A stretch of DNA of 13,659 nucleotides from Bdellovibrionota bacterium. Lineage in GTDB: Bacteria > Bdellovibrionota > UBA1018 > UBA923. Shown here in pieces: positions 1 through 6,516 of this stretch. Where the stretch lies: contig JBFMCE010000099.1 in the NCBI GenBank assembly GCA_040754655.1, positions 1-13,659 on the forward strand, written 5' to 3'. How positions within the stretch are numbered: the stretch's first letter is position 1; the number at the start of each line of letters is the position of its first letter. A model generated the notes under the pieces. It was not told the origin of the DNA, searched no databases, and saw nothing but the letters and a program-made list of their open reading frames with translations. Both the position numbers and the translations under genes were made by a program.

Positions 1-1
1 G

Positions 2-691
2 CAAAAAAAACACGGGGCGCGTTTTCGTGGTTTTGTAGACAAAGACGCAGTTTTTGAAAGGTTTTGGAGCTGGAGAGCGGGTTTGGGATGGCTTGGGAAA
101 AACACAATGCTCATCCACCGCAAATTGGGCTCGTATATCTTTCTGGGGGGCTTGTTCACAGATCTTGAGCTCACTCCTGATGAACCTTACCGCGACCATT
201 GCGGAAAGTGCACGAAGTGCATCGAAGCTTGCCCCACTCAAGCGTTCGTCAAACCGCACGTGCTTGATAGCAATAAGTGCATCGCTTACCACACCATTGA
301 AAACCGGGGGCCGATTCCCCAAGAAGTGATGGAGCGGTCATCAACGTGGATCGCGGGTTGCGACATTTGTCAGCAGGTTTGTCCGTGGAACGATCCGATC
401 CCAGAGACTGCTCATTTTAAGAAAGAAAATCAGGCCTTTGATGCAAGCTTCATGGATTTAGCCCAATGGACTCGGCAAGACTTCAAAGAACGGATGCGGG
501 GGGTTGCGATGTCTCGCATGAAATACGCTGGCTTCTTGCGAAATTTTACGGTCGCCATCTCGAATTCGTCGTTAGAGGCTCCGTTTAAACAAAAGCTGTT
601 TTCAAGGATCGAGCAACACATGCAGGGCCTTTCCAATGAGCAGGGTTTAAAAGCCGTACAGTCTGCCCTTGAGTGGGCCAAAAGCAGATAA
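2..691 (+). CDS. queG: Epoxyqueuosine reductase QueG (5' truncated by window edge)
   Basis: The frame is open from position 2 (QKKHGARFRGFVDKDAVFERFWSWRAGLGWLGKNTMLI). It carries the QueG motifs AGLGWxGKN, the Fe-S motif CGKCTKCIEACPT, CIAYHTIE, GCDICQQVCPWN and C-terminal LRNxxVAxxN. TAA at 689-691. Confidence 0.95.
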   Translation, partial: QKKHGARFRGFVDKDAVFERFWSWRAGLGWLGKNTMLIHRKLGSYIFLGGLFTDLELTPDEPYRDHCGKCTKCIEACPTQAFVKPHVLDSNKCIAYHTIENRGPIPQEVMERSSTWIAGCDICQQVCPWNDPIPETAHFKKENQAFDASFMDLAQWTRQDFKERMRGVAMSRMKYAGFLRNFTVAISNSSLEAPFKQKLFSRIEQHMQGLSNEQGLKAVQSALEWAKSR

Positions 692-779
692 CGGGACAGC
701 TCAATATCAATTATTTAATGCTTGGCGTTATTTAACTTTGCTTGCGGTTCTTGCGGGATTCACTGAAAATTATCGAGTG

Positions 780-1928
780 ATGAAAAGACAAATTCCGGTG
801 CTCCTCTTCTTGGTGGCGTTCAGCGCCTGCTCATTCGAAGACCCTCAATCATCAAAGAACGGAGGAGGGCTGAAAATCATTTTGGAAGAACAGGCAAGCT
901 CGCAGGAGCTGAGCATGAATTTAAGCCAGCTGAACTGGTTTCCGAACTCAAGTTCTTTTCGGACCCAAGCTACGCCGACATCGATCGCTGATTTCAATTG
1001 TTTCGCGGTTAACATCACGGGGCCCGGCGTTCCTCAGAGCAACAACCTCGATGGCTGTATTTCACCAGACAATATGAGGGGACGCGGTTTCGGGCTTACC
1101 TCGGATGGCGTTCCTCGGGGTCAATCCATCGAGGTTGACATTACGACGGGGCCAAGTAGAGCCATCGATGTGTATGGGATCTATCCTTCGAATCATTGCG
1201 GCGGCAGTGGGGGAAGCAGTGGTGGCGGAGGTTCAGGTGACGAAGAAGAAGAAGGCGCGGGATATTTCTTAGGCGGCGTGATGAGGAATATCGTCGAGGC
1301 GACGAGCATCACGGTTCCTATTTCATATGGCGGCGGCGGGCCCAGCGTACAATGTCCGAATGACTCTAAGTCTTTGGCCATGGATGGCGCACAAGGAAGG
1401 GCTTTTCGGTACTCGAGCGCGAGCTGCACGCAAGATGCTTCAGTTAGCGTGACAAGCGTGGCGCCTACTCCTGGTGGTGGTGCGAACGAAGCTGCAAGCT
1501 ATTCGGCCTACGCGGCAGAAGACGGTGCGGTGGCGACTTTGCAATGCACCTTCGGTGGCTCAGACACTGAGGTGGCAGAGTTTTATTGGGACCTTGCTGG
1601 CATCGACTTGAATACGTATCGGAATTTCACGGTCATTTGGGTCGGAGCATCAGGGCGTTTCACCTCGGCATGCGATGGCACTACGACGCTTTCAGATGCG
1701 GGCGGCGGCGGTGGCAATATGTTGCAGATTTACAATGCGACGGCTGGCCAATGGTGGACCATACAAAATACGACGCAAACGGTGACCAAGTACGTCTATC
1801 AGGGCGGGCAGACCCAGGGCTTCGCGCAAGGTGGCCGACTTTACATGCGGGTTGTGGCGGGTGAAGTCACTTCGACTCAGTGCTCGCGAGTCGTGACCGA
1901 TTATGCAAAGTTGATTTTAAAGAAATAA
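780..1928 (+). CDS. Hypothetical Cys-rich lipoprotein with Gly/Ser linkers
   Basis: ATG 780 (or in-frame GTG 777) gives MKRQIPVLLFLVAFSA-C, a signal peptide II with lipobox. Eight further Cys, a GGSGGSSGGGGSGDEEEEG insert and a beta-rich C-terminus. The ORF-track start at 669 overlaps queG and buries the signal peptide. Confidence 0.8.
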   Translation: MKRQIPVLLFLVAFSACSFEDPQSSKNGGGLKIILEEQASSQELSMNLSQLNWFPNSSSFRTQATPTSIADFNCFAVNITGPGVPQSNNLDGCISPDNMRGRGFGLTSDGVPRGQSIEVDITTGPSRAIDVYGIYPSNHCGGSGGSSGGGGSGDEEEEGAGYFLGGVMRNIVEATSITVPISYGGGGPSVQCPNDSKSLAMDGAQGRAFRYSSASCTQDASVSVTSVAPTPGGGANEAASYSAYAAEDGAVATLQCTFGGSDTEVAEFYWDLAGIDLNTYRNFTVIWVGASGRFTSACDGTTTLSDAGGGGGNMLQIYNATAGQWWTIQNTTQTVTKYVYQGGQTQGFAQGGRLYMRVVAGEVTSTQCSRVVTDYAKLILKK

Positions 1929-1973
1929 AATCTAGAAGTTGTCGGTCTGTCGCGTTTTGCCTATGTAAAGGCG

Positions 1974-2966
1974 ATGGAGCTCTCGCAAACCTCATCACGT
2001 TCGAAAACTATCGCGCTGACAGGCGGTACTGGGTTTTTGGGTTATCACCTCATCTTCTCGCTTCTTGAAGCAAACTATCGGGTCTTGTTGTTGAAACGAA
2101 AAGGAAGTTTTCATCCGCTGATGAAGACGTATCCTAAAGGTGTTGAAGCGCTTGAAATTGATTTTACCGACGAGGCGGCTCTGACGCGAGCCTGCGACAG
2201 GGCAGCCTCGGTCATCCATGCCGCAGGGTTGGTGAGTTACGACAATGAAGACCAAACTCAGATGTTTGAAGTTCATGTTGAACTCACCCGGCGCATGATC
2301 CGGTGCGCGCAAAACGCTGGTGTTCAGAGATTCGTGCATGTGAGCAGCATCGTCACGATTGGCCATGGTTTTGTTCCTCGCAACGAAGAGTCGCCGTTCA
2401 ATGCCCAAGATCTTGGGCTTGCGTATTGGACGACGAAATACGAGGCTGAACGTATTGCGCTTGCGGCAAACGCGCCAGGCTTTGAGGTCGTTGTCGTGAA
2501 TCCTGGGAGTCTGTTGGGGGAAGGTGAGAAGAACAACCAACTTCTGCCGTTTGTAAAAAAACTTGCGCGCTCTGAGCGGCCCTTTTTGCCCGATGGGGGC
2601 AGTGACTTTCTTGACGTGCGAGATGGGGCGAAAGGAACTCTATTGGCTTTGGAAAAGGGTAGGCCAGGTGAGCGGTATATTTTGGGTTCTGTGAATTTAA
2701 CCTACCGCCAATTCCATGAGAAATTGCGAAAAGTATTTGATCTTCGGTCTCGCCCACGGATGGTACCGCGATGGGCGCTGTCGGCGGTTGAGGCGATATT
2801 GCGAATCGTTGAGAAGGTCACGGGACTTGATTTCCCGGTCAACTCAGCAAGGCTTCGCAGGGTAAACGGGATTTACATGTTCCATCACCTGATCAAAGCG
2901 CGGCAAGAGCTTGGGTATACGCCCGCGCCGCTTGATCGCGCGATTCGGGCGATGGTGGAGGAATGA
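1974..2966 (+). CDS. NAD-dependent epimerase/dehydratase (extended SDR, HpnA/dihydroflavonol-reductase-like)
   Basis: TGGTGFLG Rossmann motif, VIHAAG, RFVHVSS, catalytic YWTTK (YxxxK), VVVNPG, DVRD, GRPGERYILG, KARQELGY. Confidence 0.9.
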   Translation: MELSQTSSRSKTIALTGGTGFLGYHLIFSLLEANYRVLLLKRKGSFHPLMKTYPKGVEALEIDFTDEAALTRACDRAASVIHAAGLVSYDNEDQTQMFEVHVELTRRMIRCAQNAGVQRFVHVSSIVTIGHGFVPRNEESPFNAQDLGLAYWTTKYEAERIALAANAPGFEVVVVNPGSLLGEGEKNNQLLPFVKKLARSERPFLPDGGSDFLDVRDGAKGTLLALEKGRPGERYILGSVNLTYRQFHEKLRKVFDLRSRPRMVPRWALSAVEAILRIVEKVTGLDFPVNSARLRRVNGIYMFHHLIKARQELGYTPAPLDRAIRAMVEE

Positions 2967-2967
2967 G

Positions 2968-2996
2968 CTGCGAAGTTGCGCGCTGTGCGGTTTTTT
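2968..2996 (+). terminator. Weak possible intrinsic terminator after the SDR gene
   Basis: Imperfect, G-U-rich hairpin CTGCGAAGT-TGCGC-GCTGTGCGG followed by TTTTTT (2991-2996), right after TGA 2964-2966. Confidence 0.3.
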
Positions 2997-3075
2997 AGTC
3001 GAGCATTAGTTGCCCTATTTATCAGCCCACAGAATGGCTATCGTGGAAGATTGGCGGTTGGTTCGTTTCAAGCGT

Positions 3076-4290
3076 TTATAGGTCAAAGTGAGCGATTTTT
3101 TCGTTCGATCCTTCGGTTAAATGAACCCAGTTCAGTGCTTCACTTAAATAACGTCTCTTGGAACCGTCGATCTTGGAAATAGAATAGCCCCATTTTGAAA
3201 GTTCGCCGTATTTCTTCATGCTAAATTCAACTCTATAAATTGAGTCTTCTTGAGGGGTTCGATTTATTTTATAATCAATATAGTCTGTAGAAGCATCGGA
3301 TAAGCTGGAAGCTGTTTCTATAAAATACTCACCATGTTGAATCCCGTCAGATGGTTTTTCAAGACCGTTTGCCTTCGCAACCGCTAAAATTGTATTTATT
3401 TCGCTCTTAATGGCATTTCGAAAATATCTGAATCTTATGTGAGTAGGTGCTATTTCAATGAACTGCTCATAAAAAAACCTTCCATTATCCCCTGATAAAC
3501 CGGGGTAGTTGAGATCAAACCATAATCTCCATGCTTCCAGTCCCGGTATTCGCCAAGCTCCTTCTCCTTCTTTGCGGCCAGCATCCAATACTACCCAGTG
3601 GTTGTAACGACTATCCCAAACCAAATTATTGCCGAAAACATTGAGGTCAATTTTGAGATTGTTTTCTTTAAGTTTGATGTACAGATCGCGCAGCCGGCTG
3701 ATCACCAACTGAGGATTCTGCTTAGTCTCAACGGTGTTTTTAAAGGAGCCAAAATCAACAAATTCCTTTACTAAGGCGACAAGTCGTTTGTTCCCGCCCT
3801 CATCACGAGAATAAATCGGACGAACCTTCGGAGCACCAATACCGGTTTTTTTAAACTTCTCGTAATTATCAAGTTCTTTTTCTAATGCCGAAAATGTAAA
3901 ACCACCGTGTCTATCGATTGGGAGCTTAATTACAGACTTGCAACTTGAACCCAAGCAATAAACTACCCCAAAATCGCCCTCACCGATCATTTCACCAAGC
4001 TCGATTTTTTTGCCATTTGGGAAAATCAAAAAATCGATTTGTCCTCGGACAACCTTTACGCCGGCTATCGATTTTCCATCGAGAATTTTTTCAAGATCCA
4101 AACCGCTTTTGTGCCTTCCTTGGTCGTTTACTTCACCTTTGACGCCAATCAAGTATTCTTCGCATCCAACGGATCGTGTCGATATCTGGAAGTCCGAGCC
4201 GGAACCGTTTCCGTGAGCGAGCCTGCCGACAAGCAGACAAGATAATAAGAAACCGGCCACAAAGCGGCTACAGGTAGAGGCGAACTGCAT
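3076..4290 (-). CDS. Secreted protein with a minimal protein-kinase-like domain
   Basis: ATG 4290 gives a signal-like MQFASTCSRFVAGFLLSCLLVGRLAHG. Kinase motifs occur in correct order: IGEGDFGVVY (Gly loop), VIK, EKELDNY (alphaC Glu), LVKEFV (hinge), KIDLNVFGNNLVW (catalytic loop), VVLDAG (DFG-like). AT-rich relative to flanks. The ORF-track TTG start at 4326 is less likely. Confidence 0.8.
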   Translation of the reverse strand: MQFASTCSRFVAGFLLSCLLVGRLAHGNGSGSDFQISTRSVGCEEYLIGVKGEVNDQGRHKSGLDLEKILDGKSIAGVKVVRGQIDFLIFPNGKKIELGEMIGEGDFGVVYCLGSSCKSVIKLPIDRHGGFTFSALEKELDNYEKFKKTGIGAPKVRPIYSRDEGGNKRLVALVKEFVDFGSFKNTVETKQNPQLVISRLRDLYIKLKENNLKIDLNVFGNNLVWDSRYNHWVVLDAGRKEGEGAWRIPGLEAWRLWFDLNYPGLSGDNGRFFYEQFIEIAPTHIRFRYFRNAIKSEINTILAVAKANGLEKPSDGIQHGEYFIETASSLSDASTDYIDYKINRTPQEDSIYRVEFSMKKYGELSKWGYSISKIDGSKRRYLSEALNWVHLTEGSNEKIAHFDL

Positions 4291-4313
4291 CTTGTAGGAG
4301 GTACTATAGTGTA

Positions 4314-4342
4314 TTGTTATAGTCAATTAATATGATTAAACT
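4314..4342 (+). promoter_or_regulatory. Candidate sigma70 promoter for the gene starting at 4375/4384
   Basis: TTGTTA (4314-4319), 17 nt, TAAACT (4337-4342) in an AT-rich divergent intergenic region. A strong SD GGAGGAGG follows at 4363-4370. Confidence 0.45.
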
Positions 4343-4383
4343 AACGTTTCTTTCCCGTTGTTGGAGGAGGTGAAGTGAAGGTA

Positions 4384-5411
4384 ATGAATCATCGGTGTTT
4401 GTTGCTCTTGGTAGGAGCTTCGGTGTTAGCTGCTTTTCTGAATGTGCAGTTCGCGCGCTCAGATGGTGCGATGCTTAACCATCGAATTGAAGTGCACCAA
4501 CGCAATGTTTCTTCTCCTGGAAATATCAGTTGAATCAGATCTGCGGCGGCGGAAGAATTCGGAATAGATGTGCTGTTGGTGGATACGAATTTTTTGGGCT
4601 GTAGCCCTCAAGACGCAAGTGTTTTGGTTTTGCCAAAGAACCTTTCAGCGGGGGCTGAAGTATTTGGGGTAGAGGGCGAAGAATTCAAGTGGGTGGAGCT
4701 GGAGAAAAAAGGTCTAACTCAGCACAGATGGAGCGCGATCGGCAATAAACCTCTTTATGCAGGGTTGGTTGTTTCAGGAAAAAATGCAGCTCATTCGGCG
4801 AAACTACAAAAAGCACAATCCAGAACTCAGTGAACGGAAAATTGGAAGCTCCTCGCTGCCTTGTCGGTGATGGAGAGGTAATCGCCGAAATTGCGGAAAA
4901 TAAGCTTCAAGAGTCTAATGGAAAGCTCTATGAGCTGATGGCAGTTGGCAAGGATTACAAGTTACCGCAGCATGGATCAGAGCGAAGATTTAACGAGCAG
5001 ATTTATAAGATCGTATATGTAAATTCTGAAGGTCGGTGTCAGGTCGCATTCCGAGACACTTATTCAGGCGATCCAGATCGCCAACCACATTACAGCTTGG
5101 ATGCATTTGTAAAAATCAAGAGCAGGTCAGATCAAGAGTTTTGGTTGCTTCTTAGTGGACGAGTCTGGGAAAATGACTTTATCAAAGTCTTGATCTTAAA
5201 CTCAAGGTATCGATTGCTGCGCTTCTTTTATCTGATAGGGCTTGAGATCATTACGCTCGGCGATAACGATCATAACTTTTTCACCATTGGGCCATGTCTG
5301 GTGGCTACCCTTCTGTCGGACTTGGTGCCAAGCCCGCTTACGCTCCGTGCTCAAAAAATAAAGCGAATATCTCGAGTGTATCAGTCGCATCCATCTCGAC
5401 CTTCAAGGTGA
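4384..5411 (+). pseudogene. Disrupted (or recoded/mis-assembled) secreted hypothetical protein gene
   Basis: Strong SD, then GTG 4375/ATG 4384 and signal-like MNHRCLLLLVGASVLAAFLNVQFARS. In-frame TGA at 4531-4533; the same frame continues (ORF 4570-4833). The -1 frame is open from 4749 to 5411, overlapping an A6 run at 4779-4784. The joined product would be about 342 aa. Confidence 0.6.
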
Positions 5412-6516
5412 GCAGGTGCTCTTTGTGCTCAAGGCCTGTTACCAAGTGGTAAAGTTTGGGGTCTCGAATGGTAGCGACACTACGGCGAAATTCGTTGATC
5501 ATCGCGTCTTCGCCGAGATTGTCATCAGACACGAGTTTCTGATCAAGCCAGATTTGAACTTTCACGGCTTGGGAAACATCTCCAGGATTCTTGGGTTTCG
5601 CTTGCGCGACCATGTAAACATCCGTGGCCTTGAAATTAATCGCCAGTTGAAGCTCATCCTTCGAGTTGGTCCCGTGAATGCTTTCGTGGGCGAGCACCCA
5701 CTTTCCATTGAGATAGGGCAGGTCTGGCGCGTACGAGCCCTGGCTTTCGTCGGTGAACGTCATTTCCTCGCCAATGCCTGTGAAGGGTTGCGCGTTTGCG
5801 AAACGAGTCTTTCTCTTGAACCCAAAGAAGATGTCTTGGGTCGTGGCCGGTATTTGATAGTCTGGAAGGTCGATCTTCCGCGTGGGCCTGATGACCGGCG
5901 GGCACGCGAGACCCGGACTGATTTCTCTCAAGAGAAGTTGAATGTTTTTTTCGAACTCAACATAATCGCCTTCACCTACGACGTCTTTCTGGGGTTTGCC
6001 CGAAGGGTCGAACAAGATTCGTCTTGGCCAATACCTGTTTTCAAAACTCCTCCAGATATCAAAATTATTGTCGAGAACCACGGGGTAGGTGATGTCGTAG
6101 GCCCGTATGGCATCAAGAACGTTTTTCTTGTCTTTGCCGAATTCAAACATCGGACAGTGCACCCCAACCGTGACTAGCCCCGCTGGTTGGTAACGGCGAG
6201 TCCACTCGACCACATAAGAGAGCGCGCGTTTGCATGGCAGAAGGGTATAGTCCCAAAAATCCACGAGCACGACCTTGTTCTTGATGTTCTCTGAAATGTG
6301 GAAAAGATAAGACTTCCCGTCGTCATCAAGATGGGCGATCAACAGCGGATCAGAGTTTATCCAATTCGACCAAGTCGCTTCGCGGGCTTCGGTCAAGGCG
6401 GCCTCGGGGCTTTTGGGCAAATCATCCATCAAGAACGACGCCTGCGGCTTTTGTTGCGCGTTCGGGTCTAAACGGAAGAGATTTTTATCTTCACCCAGAT
6501 CTACTTTTCTTTGCAT
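5338..6516 (-). CDS. DipZ-like redoxin (TlpA/thioredoxin fold plus DipZ C-terminal beta domain), degenerate CxxC
   Basis: KVVLVDFWDYTLLPC, GLVTVGVHCPMFEF, ITYPVVLDNNFDIWRSFENRYWP and GEGDY match the DipZ redoxin pattern. LNGKW, FKATDVYMV, PKLYHLV, HLLTL and LEIFALFF match the DipZ C-terminal domain. No signal peptide or CcdA domain. Confidence 0.85.
   Translation of the reverse strand: MQRKVDLGEDKNLFRLDPNAQQKPQASFLMDDLPKSPEAALTEAREATWSNWINSDPLLIAHLDDDGKSYLFHISENIKNKVVLVDFWDYTLLPCKRALSYVVEWTRRYQPAGLVTVGVHCPMFEFGKDKKNVLDAIRAYDITYPVVLDNNFDIWRSFENRYWPRRILFDPSGKPQKDVVGEGDYVEFEKNIQLLLREISPGLACPPVIRPTRKIDLPDYQIPATTQDIFFGFKRKTRFANAQPFTGIGEEMTFTDESQGSYAPDLPYLNGKWVLAHESIHGTNSKDELQLAINFKATDVYMVAQAKPKNPGDVSQAVKVQIWLDQKLVSDDNLGEDAMINEFRRSVATIRDPKLYHLVTGLEHKEHLLTLKVEMDATDTLEIFALFFEHGA

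Noticed and set aside
32..61. Divergent QueG motif FVDKDAVFER versus the usual FVDTAPVLER
   Set aside because: The key Asp and all Fe-S cysteine motifs are retained; probably ordinary divergence.
722..741. Sigma54 promoter (TGGC...TTGC)
   Set aside because: GG-to-GC spacing is 14 nt rather than the required 10.
1197..1262. GGC/GAA-rich stretch as a DNA repeat element
   Set aside because: It encodes the Gly/Ser/Glu linker with varied codons.
1974..2966. Naming the SDR hpnA or calling a hopanoid cluster
   Set aside because: No squalene-hopene cyclase or other hpn genes in the window; the family is broad.
4531..4561. Selenocysteine TGA with a SECIS-like hairpin
   Set aside because: The loop is only 11 nt from the TGA, the context is not a redox motif, and the gene also has a frameshift. 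A nonsense mutation is simpler.
2967..5340. Mobile element or prophage boundaries around the low-GC block
   Set aside because: No att-like direct repeats, inverted repeats, integrase or transposase seen.
5416..6177. 253 aa plus-strand ORF
   Set aside because: Antisense shadow of the redoxin gene, with no motifs.
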